Notes under the pieces: model-generated
The model's database searches: none
What the model was told of the DNA's origin: nothing
What the model saw: the letters and a program-made list of their open reading frames with translations, nothing else
Part shown: positions 49,059 to 59,293 of the stretch, piece by piece
How positions within the stretch are numbered: position 1 is the first letter of the stretch
Layout of the letters: every line of letters starts with the position of its first letter
Program-made: the position numbers and the translations under genes
Assembly (NCBI GenBank): GCA_034115825.1
Contig: JAXESU010000001.1
Span: 78,608-142,607, forward strand
DNA: 64,000 nt
From: Bacilli bacterium
GTDB taxonomy: Bacteria; Bacillota_I; Bacilli_A; RFN20; UBA1709
Direction: 5' to 3'

Positions 49059-49706
49059 CTATTTCGCCCTATTAAATCGTTTAATTACTGCTCTTATGAT
49101 AATATAAGGAATAACTCCGAATAATGAATATGTAATAAAATAGATAATCCACTCATAAAATTTATATTGTATAAATTCAATACTTTTAATATATGCTATG
49201 GTCATAATTAGATAATAAACTAAATTGATATTTAATAAATTCATAATTTTACTTTGGCCATTATAATTGTCTTTAATTTTCAATCGATTCTCATTGACAA
49301 CAAAGAAAACAATCGCAAAACTTATTAAAATAATTCCTAATATCAATAAAATTTTATAAAATATATCGTATGTATTACCATGATGATTATGGTTAATATG
49401 TGTTGAAAAAGATACTAATAAGCACCCAATTGCTTCAATAAAACAAGTGATTATTAAATTATTTTTAAGTTTCATTTCAATTTCACTTTTATTTTTTAAA
49501 TTATTTTCACTACTTGAAACATCATCCAACAATTCATTAACGGAAATTTCTAATGCCTGACTTAAAGGAATTAATAATGAGGTATCAGGTATACTTCGAC
49601 CTGTTTCCCATTTAGAAATAACTTTATCACTTACATTTAATTTTTTAGCTAAATCTTGTTGAGTCATATTTAATTCTTTTCGACGTTTAACAATTATTTT
49701 TTGCAT
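49059..49706 (-). CDS. XRE-family HTH regulator fused to a multi-TM domain
   Basis: N-terminal RRKELNMTQQDLAKKLNVSDKVISKWETGRSIPD, then about 4 hydrophobic helices. Confidence 0.75.
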   Translation of the reverse strand: MQKIIVKRRKELNMTQQDLAKKLNVSDKVISKWETGRSIPDTSLLIPLSQALEISVNELLDDVSSSENNLKNKSEIEMKLKNNLIITCFIEAIGCLLVSFSTHINHNHHGNTYDIFYKILLILGIILISFAIVFFVVNENRLKIKDNYNGQSKIMNLLNINLVYYLIMTIAYIKSIEFIQYKFYEWIIYFITYSLFGVIPYIIIRAVIKRFNRAK

Positions 49707-49838
49707 ATAAAATAACCACCCTTTTCGTTTATATTAAATAATAAATACAAAAAATATTCAACCTTTAAAGCGTAGAATTTAGTAAACAAAAAATAGAAAA
49801 GGTAAAAATAATTTTTGAATTATTAAAAAATTATTGCT

Positions 49839-50615
49839 TTAAATATTGATTATTAAGTCATGGCGATTATACATCGTCTTAAAACCAAAATATAATGATC
49901 CAAATGATGAGCAAGTAACAACAGTACATATAGCAATCATAATCGCTATTTGATAAAGAATAGCGGTTGTTGGAATCGTTCCCGCTAATATTTGACCTGT
50001 CATCATTCCTGGTAATGAAACAATTCCCATTCCGACCATCGAATTTAATGTTGGTAACATTGCTGTTTCTAACGATTGTTTAACTACAGGTAATAAAATA
50101 TCTTTAGGATCAGCCCCAAGGCACATTAAGGCATTAATTTTTGATCGTTGGTCTTTAATACTTTCCTTAAATGTTTTTAATCCTAATGAAACACCAGTCA
50201 TCGTATTTCCGATTACCATACCCGAGATTGGTATAACATATTGCGGATTAAATAAACTAACTCCAACTACTACCCCAATAAAGAAGATAATAATACTTAA
50301 ACCCGAAAAAATAATTGATACGGCAACAACTATTTTAAATTTTTTATTTAATTCTTTGTTTTTTGATAATACACGATAAATAGTAAAACTAATCATTAAA
50401 ACGATATACAAAATAACAAAAAGTGGATGAGGATTATCAAAAATATACGCTAAAATATAACCAGCTAAAACAAGTTGAATAGTCATTTTAATACTTGCTA
50501 CAATTAATTGTTTTGCTTTATCAACATGACATATTTTCATTATCAATAAAACAACTAATAAAAGAAGATAGACAATTAAAAATTGCCATAATTGAATTTT
50601 TATTACTCCATCCAT
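49839..50615 (-). CDS. fetB: FetB/YbbM (UPF0014) family ABC permease, putative iron export
   Basis: 258 aa and polytopic. ...ASIKMTIQLVLAGYILAYIF... is typical of the family. It pairs with the upstream ATPase. Confidence 0.6.
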   Translation of the reverse strand: MDGVIKIQLWQFLIVYLLLLVVLLIMKICHVDKAKQLIVASIKMTIQLVLAGYILAYIFDNPHPLFVILYIVLMISFTIYRVLSKNKELNKKFKIVVAVSIIFSGLSIIIFFIGVVVGVSLFNPQYVIPISGMVIGNTMTGVSLGLKTFKESIKDQRSKINALMCLGADPKDILLPVVKQSLETAMLPTLNSMVGMGIVSLPGMMTGQILAGTIPTTAILYQIAIMIAICTVVTCSSFGSLYFGFKTMYNRHDLIINI

Positions 50616-50619
50616 AGTT

Positions 50620-51240
50620 CTATTCCCCTATTTTAATAATTCTATCAGCAAATTGTTTTACTAGATAATCATTATGGGAAACAATTAGTGAGGTAATTTG
50701 ATGATCATGAAAATATTTTTTTAAATTAGTTAATAATTCTAAAGATGTTTTTTCATCTAATGCTGATGTTGGTTCATCTAACAAAATAACACTCTTAGCT
50801 AGTGAAATAAAAATAGCAATAAATACTCTTTGACGTTCGCCACCCGATAAATTTCGACAATCGGTATCTAATGAAAAGTTTGCCACACAAATTGATAAAA
50901 ATTTTTTTATTTGTTCATCATTTAAATGTTTTTCTTTACGAGCATTATAATAAAAATAAAAATTATCTCTAATTGTTCCATTTATTAAAAATAATTCTTG
51001 TGGTACAAGTAAAACTTCCTTACGATATGAAAGAACATCTAAATCATTGATATTTTTTCCATTAAATTCAATAATCCCTTCTTTAGTTAATAATGTGCGA
51101 TTTAATAGTTTTAAATATGTACTTTTGCCACTACCACTTTTACCAACAAGAAATGTCATTTGATCTTGATCGATATTAATTTCGGGATAATTAATCGTTT
51201 TTAGATATTTTAAACGATTATTTGAATATAATATTGACAT
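50620..51240 (-). CDS. fetA: FetA/YbbL-like ABC transporter ATP-binding protein
   Basis: 206 aa with Walker A GKSGSGKST, signature LSGGERQR and Walker B ILLDEPTSALD. Confidence 0.65.
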   Translation of the reverse strand: MSILYSNNRLKYLKTINYPEINIDQDQMTFLVGKSGSGKSTYLKLLNRTLLTKEGIIEFNGKNINDLDVLSYRKEVLLVPQELFLINGTIRDNFYFYYNARKEKHLNDEQIKKFLSICVANFSLDTDCRNLSGGERQRVFIAIFISLAKSVILLDEPTSALDEKTSLELLTNLKKYFHDHQITSLIVSHNDYLVKQFADRIIKIGE

Positions 51241-51452
51241 CTAATCCCCCCTAATTATCTAAGCATTATAAGTATATAATAAATAAGAGAAAATAACATT
51301 ATTTTTGCAACATAAAAAGGTTAATTTTTCATTAACCTTTTAACATAAAGTGACTAACGTTATCCCAAATTTAGTAAAAATATAAATTAATTTTCGTTTT
51401 TTCTTTACTACTACCATATATTGATAATAACCATAATTTTTATACTCAATGA

Positions 51453-54128
51453 TCATAATAATTCATGATACTTTCTTACATAAAGTTTTTTAACAATAGT
51501 TACTAATACAATATATGATAAAACAATTAATAATAAAGCGATAAAATATAGAGGATTTAATGCTGTTAATCCTAATAATTTACCAAATGGAGTAAATGGA
51601 ATAATTGTTAATAAAGCAATTCCTGAAAAAGTTAAAGCAAAAACAATTGTACTTGCTCGTGATTGAATAAATGGAATTTTAGGAGTTCTAATCATATGAA
51701 TAACTAAAGTTTGGGTCCACATTGATTCAATAAACCATCCCGTTTGAAAAACAGCGATAAAAAATTGTTGTTGCTCTACACTAGTAATATTTCTATATTG
51801 AACTCCAACCATTAAAGGACAAATAACATAAAACATAACAATGTATGTTACAATATCAAAAATTGAACTAGTTGGTCCAAACCAAATCATAAATTTTGAT
51901 AAACTCGATGCATCCCATTTACGAGGTATTTTAATAAACTCTTGGTCTACATTATCAAATGGGGTTGCAATACATGAAATATCATATATTAAGTTTAGTA
52001 AAATTAATTGAATTGACATCATTGGTAAAAATGGTAAAAAGGCACTTGCAATTAAAACAGAAAACATATTACCAAAATTACTTGATGCCGTCATTTTAAT
52101 ATATTTAATGGTATTAGCATAAGTTTTTCTTCCTTCAATAATACCATCTTTTAAAACATTTAAATCTTTTTCTAAAAGAATAACATTAGCGGTTTCTTTA
52201 GCAACATCAACTGCTGTATCAACAGAGATAGCGACATCACTAACTTTCATTGCATTAGCATCATTTATGCCATCTCCCATATAGCCTACACTGTGACCAT
52301 TAGCTTTCAAAGCAAGAATGATACGAGCTTTTTGTGAAGGAGTAATCTTAGCAAAAATATTTGTTTTTTCGACTTCAACTTTTAAGGTTTCATCATCCAT
52401 TTGAGCAATTTGTGATCCTAATAAAATGGTTAAATTATCAATACCGACTTTTTTACAAATACTTCTTGTTACCTTTTCATTATCGCCAGTTAAAATTTTA
52501 ACACTAACACCATATTCATTTAATCCTTTTAAAGCGTTAGCAGTTGAATCTTTAGGTGGATCAAGAAAAGCTAAGTACCCAATTAAAACCATTTCACTTT
52601 CATCACTTATTGAATAATTATCTTCTTTTGTTGTTACATCTTTTTGTGCGACTGCAATTACTCGGTAGCCTTCTTCATTTAATTTATTAGCGTTAGTTAA
52701 AACAAAAGCCTTTAAGTCTTCAGTTAATGGTTCTACCTTTCCATCATACTCAACAAAAGAAGAACATTTTAGCATTTCTTCAACAGCCCCTTTGGTAATC
52801 AATTGTTTTTTACAATTTTGACTTTGAACAACTACACTCATACGACGACGATTAAAATCAAATGGGATTTCATCAACTTTTTGATAGTCTTTACGAAATT
52901 TACTTCCATATATATCATAAAAACGGCAAATAATAGCTTTATCAATTAAATTTTTCAATCCGGTTTGATAGAAACTATTTAACCATGCATGTCTTAAAAC
53001 GCGATTATCTTCATTACCGTGAACATCCATATGTTTTTCTAATAAAACATCATCTTTCGTTAAAGTTCCAGTTTTATCAGTACATAAAATATCAATTGCT
53101 CCTAAATTTTGAATAGCATTCAAGTTTTTAACAATAACTTTTTTCTTGCTCATAACAATTGAGCCTTTAGCTAAATTAGTCGTAACAATCATTGGTAACA
53201 TTTCAGGAGTTAAACCAACCGCAATTGAAACCGCAAATAATAAGGCATCAAGCCAATCGCCTTTACTAATTCCATTAATCAAAAAGACAAATGGAACCAT
53301 AACTAACATAAAACGAATTAATAACATTGAAACTTTTGAAATTCCTTTTTCAAAAGTGGTTTTAATTTTTTTATCATCCAATCCTTTAACAATTGTTCCA
53401 AATAAAGTATTTGATCCCGTACTTATTACTATCCCCATACCAAAACCAGAAATAACATTACTTCCCATAAAGGCTAAATTATTATATTCAGTTACTACTT
53501 TGTCTTCCTTTTCATTTACTGAATACTTTTCAATTGGCTCACTTTCACCCGTTAAAGATGATTGCGAAATAAATAAGTCTTTGGTCTTAAAAAGACGTAA
53601 GTCAGCAGGAATCATATCTCCCGAAGATAAAACAATAATATCGCCTACAACGACTTCTTCTAATGGGATTTCTTTTTCTCTTCCATCTCTTTTTACTCTA
53701 GTCGTCGTTTTAACCATTTTGGCAAGTTTAGCTGCCGAACTTGAACTACGGCTATCTTGAATAAATTTTAATGTCCCTGAAACAATAACCATGGTAACAA
53801 TAATAATAATGGTGACAAAACTTTGTTCCTCCTTACTTACTAAAATTACATCAGTAAATAAAGAAATAATCGCTAAAAAAAGTAAAATGGCAGTAAAAGG
53901 ATTAATATAAGATTCAAAAATACGTTTCAAAACTGTTTTTTTCTTCTTAGTAACGATAACATTTTCCCCGAATTCAAGACGATTATTGTTAACTATTTCT
54001 TGATTTAAGCCATCTAAAGAAGAATGTGTTTTTAATAAAGTATCATCAATTTCCTTAGTGGCAACATCTTTTAAATATTGATTCTTTTTTAATTCATTAT
54101 CTTTTTTGTTATTTAAAATCTTTTTCAT
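51453..54128 (-). CDS. mgtA: magnesium-translocating P-type ATPase
   Basis: 891 aa with TGES, the phosphorylation site CTDKTGTLT, and [11 protein letters not shown]. The overall MgtA/MgtB layout has 10 TM helices. Confidence 0.85.
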   Translation of the reverse strand: MKKILNNKKDNELKKNQYLKDVATKEIDDTLLKTHSSLDGLNQEIVNNNRLEFGENVIVTKKKKTVLKRIFESYINPFTAILLFLAIISLFTDVILVSKEEQSFVTIIIIVTMVIVSGTLKFIQDSRSSSSAAKLAKMVKTTTRVKRDGREKEIPLEEVVVGDIIVLSSGDMIPADLRLFKTKDLFISQSSLTGESEPIEKYSVNEKEDKVVTEYNNLAFMGSNVISGFGMGIVISTGSNTLFGTIVKGLDDKKIKTTFEKGISKVSMLLIRFMLVMVPFVFLINGISKGDWLDALLFAVSIAVGLTPEMLPMIVTTNLAKGSIVMSKKKVIVKNLNAIQNLGAIDILCTDKTGTLTKDDVLLEKHMDVHGNEDNRVLRHAWLNSFYQTGLKNLIDKAIICRFYDIYGSKFRKDYQKVDEIPFDFNRRRMSVVVQSQNCKKQLITKGAVEEMLKCSSFVEYDGKVEPLTEDLKAFVLTNANKLNEEGYRVIAVAQKDVTTKEDNYSISDESEMVLIGYLAFLDPPKDSTANALKGLNEYGVSVKILTGDNEKVTRSICKKVGIDNLTILLGSQIAQMDDETLKVEVEKTNIFAKITPSQKARIILALKANGHSVGYMGDGINDANAMKVSDVAISVDTAVDVAKETANVILLEKDLNVLKDGIIEGRKTYANTIKYIKMTASSNFGNMFSVLIASAFLPFLPMMSIQLILLNLIYDISCIATPFDNVDQEFIKIPRKWDASSLSKFMIWFGPTSSIFDIVTYIVMFYVICPLMVGVQYRNITSVEQQQFFIAVFQTGWFIESMWTQTLVIHMIRTPKIPFIQSRASTIVFALTFSGIALLTIIPFTPFGKLLGLTALNPLYFIALLLIVLSYIVLVTIVKKLYVRKYHELL

Positions 54129-54490
54129 TTTATTGTACCTCCTTTATAAAAATATGAATAAAGGTACAAAAAACAATCAACCTATAAAACGATATAAACA
54201 TAGGATGACTACCTTAAATTGTCTACATATACTCGGATGATTATCTTTTGTTCCTATACTTTTTCCTATGTCCATATCGCTCACCTCCTTAAATTTAACG
54301 CAATAAAAAAAACCGTCGCTCAAAGCAACGGTGTAAATGCGATATATTTAAGCAGCACCAAAAAAATCTTTTTAAGTTAAAAAGATCCACCTATTGCTTT
54401 GAATTTTAATTAACATCATACTACTCACATAACTATCCATAATATTAATCTCCTTTCTAGCAATAAGCCTTCCTCTTACTTTTTACTCTT
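54129..54490 (-). promoter_or_regulatory. long bipartite 5' leader of mgtA (candidate Mg2+-responsive regulatory RNA/attenuator)
   Basis: A promoter-like TTGACA (54503-54508)-17-TAAAAA lies upstream. An internal terminator sits at 54304-54333. The distal part holds a long-range helix (54264-54279 pairs with 54190-54205) and the CCGAGTA motif (54230-54236). A hairpin at 54129-54165 can sequester the mgtA SD. Confidence 0.5.
54304..54333 (-). terminator. intrinsic terminator inside the mgtA leader (attenuator candidate)
   Basis: The minus strand reads CACCGTTGCTTTGAGCGACGGT followed by T8. It lies ~175 nt upstream of the mgtA start. Confidence 0.7.
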
Positions 54491-54719
54491 GTTTTATAAT
54501 CTTGTCAACACTTTTTTATCAATATGCTTTTAATAATTTTTTTATTATTGAATATTCAATAATATTATACGAAAAATATTTTTTCTAAATGATATATACA
54601 AATTGACTAATTATTATTTTTTATTTTATGATACCCATTTAGGTACGATAATCATATTTAATAAAAGATAAATTAATTAAAAAGGCTCTTTAATAAGAAC
54701 CTTTGTAAAATTAAATATA

Positions 54720-54914
54720 TTATTTCTTTTGTTTAAATAATGATACTAAAAACATAGTGATGCCTACTATTAAAAATAAAAAACCAATAATCACAATGAC
54801 GTCAACAAAATTAAATTCTGATCCAGTAAAAATTTTTGCAGTAGGTACTCCAGATAAAATAATTGAACCACAAATTAAGAAAACAAATGATGATACTAAA
54901 AATTTATTTAACAT
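54720..54914 (-). CDS. small two-TM membrane protein, hypothetical
   Basis: 64 aa with two hydrophobic helices and a GGGGGG-type RBS 5 nt upstream. The overlapping plus-strand ORF 54757-54951 looks like its shadow. Confidence 0.55.
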   Translation of the reverse strand: MLNKFLVSSFVFLICGSIILSGVPTAKIFTGSEFNFVDVIVIIGFLFLIVGITMFLVSLFKQKK

Positions 54915-55020
54915 AATAGCCCCCCTCTTTCTACCATATATGTTTACATAATATATTTAATAATAATTTATAAATAAAATCAATAAATATATCAAAAAAT
55001 ATATAATCACTCTAAAAAAA

Positions 55021-55485
55021 TTATTCAAGATTTTTTAAACCATCAAAAAGTTCATTAAAAGATTTTTTCTTATTACATCTTCCAAAAGATAACTCTTTAT
55101 CTTCACCAAATTCAAAAAGAAAACATTTAGTAAGCTCTTCAACCGTTTGTTCTAAAGTCTTCATAAAAGTAATATAGGCAAAATTATAACCTGATGAATC
55201 TTTTTCAAAATTAGCTTCAATTAAACTCTCAGTTGTTTGATCTAAAGGATATAATTTTAAGTGAAGCAATTCATGAACAATCGTTTCTTCAAGATGACTA
55301 AAATCACTACCACATTGATTAAAAATAAAAATTACTTTATGATCTTCACAATCAATTTTAAAATCACCGGTTTTATTTAAGTCTTTTTGATGAACAATTT
55401 CTATTTTAATATCCCAAAATGGAACAAGACGTAATTTCTTAGACCACTTATCAACCAAATAATTAATTTTCTCTTCAATATTCAT
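55021..55485 (-). CDS. hypothetical protein with HExxH metallopeptidase-like motif
   Basis: 154 aa. IVHELLHLKLYP is the only recognisable element. Confidence 0.35.
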   Translation of the reverse strand: MNIEEKINYLVDKWSKKLRLVPFWDIKIEIVHQKDLNKTGDFKIDCEDHKVIFIFNQCGSDFSHLEETIVHELLHLKLYPLDQTTESLIEANFEKDSSGYNFAYITFMKTLEQTVEELTKCFLFEFGEDKELSFGRCNKKKSFNELFDGLKNLE

Positions 55486-55500
55486 ATTATTTTCCTTTCT

Positions 55501-56010
55501 TTAATTAAACTTTAAACACATTAAATCAACATCAAATAATTGATCATTCACTTTTAAATATCCTGGATATACACCTGTTTTAACAAAACCAAACTTTTGA
55601 TAAAGTTTAATAGCATTAACATTATCACTTCTAACCTCTAAAAATACAATTTCAACACCTGCAACATTTTTTGCAAAATCTAAAATAGTACTCATTAATT
55701 TTGTTCCCACCTTTTGATTCCACATCTTTTTCTTAACCGAAATTGCAATACTACCATGATGCTTCAAACGATTATTTTTTGAACAATTAAATGTTGTATT
55801 ACCAACTATTTCATTGTTGATTCTTGCAATAAACATTGCATTAGAAGTAGAATCTTTAATTGATCTTAAAAATGTTTTTTCTTCTTCAATGCTTAATGGA
55901 ATCCCTTCTTTACCAAAAGTTAAATTATCACTTTCTCCACCAACAATTTTTAAAAATTCAAGAAGTTCAAAAGCATCTTCTTCTTTAACTTTTTCGATTA
56001 ATAATTCCAT
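55501..56010 (-). CDS. GNAT-family N-acetyltransferase
   Basis: 169 aa. The motif A region is KMWNQKVGTKLMSTILDFAK, followed by ...NVNAIKLYQKFGF. Confidence 0.85.
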   Translation of the reverse strand: MELLIEKVKEEDAFELLEFLKIVGGESDNLTFGKEGIPLSIEEEKTFLRSIKDSTSNAMFIARINNEIVGNTTFNCSKNNRLKHHGSIAISVKKKMWNQKVGTKLMSTILDFAKNVAGVEIVFLEVRSDNVNAIKLYQKFGFVKTGVYPGYLKVNDQLFDVDLMCLKFN

Positions 56011-56175
56011 TATTTTTCCCTCCTTTTATCCATAAAATGATATAGATTTATAAAGATTTATAAAGATTATTTTAAACTAATAACTTTATATTAATACTAT
56101 CATAAATTTTAATTGATTAAAACTTAAAAAATGCACTATTAATAAGTGCATTTTTCATTATTTATTTGATAATAA

Positions 56176-57564
56176 TCAAACAATCATATTGCATTTTTTC
56201 AAAAATTCTGATAAGGCTTTTTTAATTGATTGTTTTAATTCATCATCATTTCTCATGTTTCTAATTTCACCTAAATACCATTTAACAGTATAAATTATTT
56301 CTGGAACAATATATGTTTTACTACTTTTAAAATTCTTTTCATTCTGTAAATATATTCCTTTGTTGTGTAACTTTTCAACAAATTCATTTAGTTCTTGAAG
56401 CGATTTCGGTTTTAAATCATTTAAATTATCTTTCCAAAAATTGATATAATCCTCTATAGGCCAACTTAAATTTTCTTCAACATAGCTTCCTTTAATATTT
56501 TTACCCCATGTATTTTGAAAATGTAAAGAACATTTTGGTAATCCAAAATGGTTATCTTTAAATTTTAATGGTATTTCAATATTATTTCTATAAAGTTTTT
56601 TTGCTAAGTTCATTGTTGGTGCTAAGGCTAATGAAAAGTATATATATAAATCTTCATCTTTTTCATATACATTAATTCTAGTCACTTTAGAAAAACATAA
56701 ATTAATTTCTTGTAATATTCTACCTTTATTTAGTTTTTTCCTTATAGTATTTTTATCTCGATAATCACAATCGCTGCCAAAAAGGTCATTCATTATTTCA
56801 AAACCTTTTTTAATCATTAAATCTTTTCTTATTGTTTCATCAGCATCGCATATATCAATAATTGAAGGAACTTTTGCATACCCTAATATCATCATATATT
56901 CAACAAATTGATTACTGAGGTAAGTATTTAAAGTTCTCATCTTTTCAATTATTTTATTATATTCAATATATATTGGCTTATTCTTCTCGTGTTTTTGTCC
57001 TAAACTTTTTTCAATATGATTATTAATTTGATTTGGATCTAAATTGTATAATTTATTTTCAATTATAATTAAATAATTATTATTGGCAAACTCAATCAAA
57101 ATCCATGCATCAGGTATAGAATCATTTCTTTCTCGTATGCTTAATATGTCTCTAACAGTTTTTTCAACAATTTCTTCTTGTTTCTCATCACTTAAAGCTT
57201 TATCTAATTCAACTTCTTTTCGAATTTCATCTCTTAATCTTTTTGCATCATGTACATCTTGAGAATTATATCCCCAACATTTACCAGTTGGTGAAATCCC
57301 AATTAAATAACGGTTTTTAACTGGAACTCTATTAATAATCTCGTCATTAGGTTTTTTCTGTAAATAAAATGATGTTTTAACCTCTCCTTCTATTAATTCA
57401 TCATCGACATCTTTTAAAACGATTTTAAATAATTCTTTTTGTGCATTTAAAGGTAAGGAATCAAGCGTATTAATTAATGCTTTAGTAATGTTGTTCTCTA
57501 GATTATCAATGCCATACAAGCAAAAAATATTTAAATGACGATCTCTTAATCCTTTATAATTCAT
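56176..57564 (-). CDS. PD-(D/E)XK nuclease-fold protein with uncharacterised C-terminal half
   Basis: 462 aa. SIPDAWILIEFANNNYLIIIENKL fits PD...ExK, preceded by the helix NLENNITKALINTL. The C-terminal ~250 aa carry no recognisable motif. The gene ends with TGA. Confidence 0.5.
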   Translation of the reverse strand: MNYKGLRDRHLNIFCLYGIDNLENNITKALINTLDSLPLNAQKELFKIVLKDVDDELIEGEVKTSFYLQKKPNDEIINRVPVKNRYLIGISPTGKCWGYNSQDVHDAKRLRDEIRKEVELDKALSDEKQEEIVEKTVRDILSIRERNDSIPDAWILIEFANNNYLIIIENKLYNLDPNQINNHIEKSLGQKHEKNKPIYIEYNKIIEKMRTLNTYLSNQFVEYMMILGYAKVPSIIDICDADETIRKDLMIKKGFEIMNDLFGSDCDYRDKNTIRKKLNKGRILQEINLCFSKVTRINVYEKDEDLYIYFSLALAPTMNLAKKLYRNNIEIPLKFKDNHFGLPKCSLHFQNTWGKNIKGSYVEENLSWPIEDYINFWKDNLNDLKPKSLQELNEFVEKLHNKGIYLQNEKNFKSSKTYIVPEIIYTVKWYLGEIRNMRNDDELKQSIKKALSEFLKKCNMIV

Positions 57565-57738
57565 TCTTTTACTCCTTTATTGTCTACCACAAACATCTAT
57601 CTAATAATCTATTTTGATAAGAAAATTAACCCATTGTTATATTTTAAAATAATATTTCTAATTTTTACTTAGTAAATATGTATATAATCTTTTAGAAAAT
57701 GATTGTTAGTAATTTTTAATTATACACATTTAAATCAC

Positions 57739-59157
57739 CTATAATTGTGCAATTTTATTCGGAATTTCATCATAGTTATGTACCCACAATATTTTAACAC
57801 CCAATGTGTCAAAATAACATTGTTGTATCAATTTATATTTATTTTCCATCAATTGATTATTTGTCCCGTTAAAATCAAAATTAGGCAATTTTAAGAAAGC
57901 AAAAATAAGATTTGAATTTTCTCCTCTTGCTACTCTTCTTCTAAGAATTTCTTTCATATTTGAATCTGTAAATGAAACACCTACAAATATAACATTTCTA
58001 TTCAAAAAAATATTTGTTTGTGTCTTATTTGTGAAACTATTTTCATCCATCATATTATCGTAATATTCTTTATCAGTAAAAATAAAATTATTCACATCTG
58101 TTTTTCCATCATAATCATATGGAATATATCCATGTACATGGTAGATAGCACAATTATTCAGATTTGTTGTGCTATTTTTTATTTCATTCGATTTAGATTT
58201 ATACGATGAGTTAATATTTTGTTCAATTACTGAATCAAAATTATAATTAATTATTTCACTAATTTTATTTCTTGAAATGCACTTTACAATTTCATCTACT
58301 AATGGCTGTCTTGCATCGTTTGGACTATCGTAATTCATATACAATACTCTTTTTATTGCAAGCCAATAGTCTCGCCTACCTATAGAAGGTAATTTTATAT
58401 AACTATTATAAATTGCGTCCAAAGCTGATGTTTTATCATAACATGAAAATATACTGTTATTTAGTGCATCAGTGATAACTTTATTCTTAAATGCAGATTC
58501 TTTCGTATCGACTATATCATATAAAAGTTCATATCCTAATGATTCACTTAGAGTATTCCAATCACTAATTTTTGATTTTCTTGAACATCCTGCTCCTAAA
58601 GCAAAAGAAAGATTTTTCTTTATCTTATCATTTAAAAATGAATAATTATCAGATATTAACAAATTATCTTTTTTAGAAATATAATCATCAAGACTATGAA
58701 GAAATTCTCTTATAATTATATCATTAATTAAATCTTCATAATACAAAAAGTATATTCTAGCCCGATTACTTTTTACTTTTGTATAAATTTCTTTAGGTGA
58801 AGTATTAATAATAAAAACTATTACATCAAATAGTTTTTCTGCTCTTTCTACAAATCGTAAAAGTGTATCAATAGGTGATCGATCTGCTTTTATTTCTACA
58901 ACTATTTTTGGGGCTTTAATAATTTCTTTACCAAATGCACTTAAATCGAGTTGATTTCTTGCAATAATATCATATTGAAAGCGACTACCATATCTATTAA
59001 AATATTCTATTTCTTTATCAAGATTAATATCACCTCCAGCATAATAACAATTATTTTGTATATGAGGATTTTTTAATCTTATTACTTCTATAACTATTTT
59101 TTCAAAAGCTAGTGATTTTATTAATTTACTGTTTACTACATTCATAGTTTTCTCCAT
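57739..59157 (-). CDS. Mrr-like nuclease-fold domain fused to a SIR2-family (SIR2_2/ThsA-type) NADase-like domain
   Basis: 472 aa. The N-terminus has FEKIVIEVI...YDIIA...IVVEIKA (D...ExK). The C-terminal two-thirds carry, in order, FALGAGCSRKSKISDW, IINYNFDSVIE, IYHVHGYI, FIFTDKEYYD and VIFVGVSFTDSNMKEIL. Confidence 0.65.
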   Translation of the reverse strand: MEKTMNVVNSKLIKSLAFEKIVIEVIRLKNPHIQNNCYYAGGDINLDKEIEYFNRYGSRFQYDIIARNQLDLSAFGKEIIKAPKIVVEIKADRSPIDTLLRFVERAEKLFDVIVFIINTSPKEIYTKVKSNRARIYFLYYEDLINDIIIREFLHSLDDYISKKDNLLISDNYSFLNDKIKKNLSFALGAGCSRKSKISDWNTLSESLGYELLYDIVDTKESAFKNKVITDALNNSIFSCYDKTSALDAIYNSYIKLPSIGRRDYWLAIKRVLYMNYDSPNDARQPLVDEIVKCISRNKISEIINYNFDSVIEQNINSSYKSKSNEIKNSTTNLNNCAIYHVHGYIPYDYDGKTDVNNFIFTDKEYYDNMMDENSFTNKTQTNIFLNRNVIFVGVSFTDSNMKEILRRRVARGENSNLIFAFLKLPNFDFNGTNNQLMENKYKLIQQCYFDTLGVKILWVHNYDEIPNKIAQL

Positions 59158-59293
59158 ATTAATTTAATTTTGAATTTCATTTGTTTAATATTTTTATCTA
59201 TTAATTTCATATAATTTTATACGTTCAAAAATAATAAATTTTATTAATAAGATTGTATGATTTGTTGTCGAAATAACATATTTTATACAAATT

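Noticed and set aside
54177-54440. Short leader ORFs with strong SDs: 54372-54440 (22 aa), 54177-54275 (32 aa) and 38218-38292 (24 aa) as real coding genes
   Set aside because: They are plausible leader peptides. However the SD-like GGTGA plus AUG is also part of the shared RNA motif, and the peptides share only MD(I/S). That is not enough to call them CDS, so I kept them as an alternative inside the leader findings.
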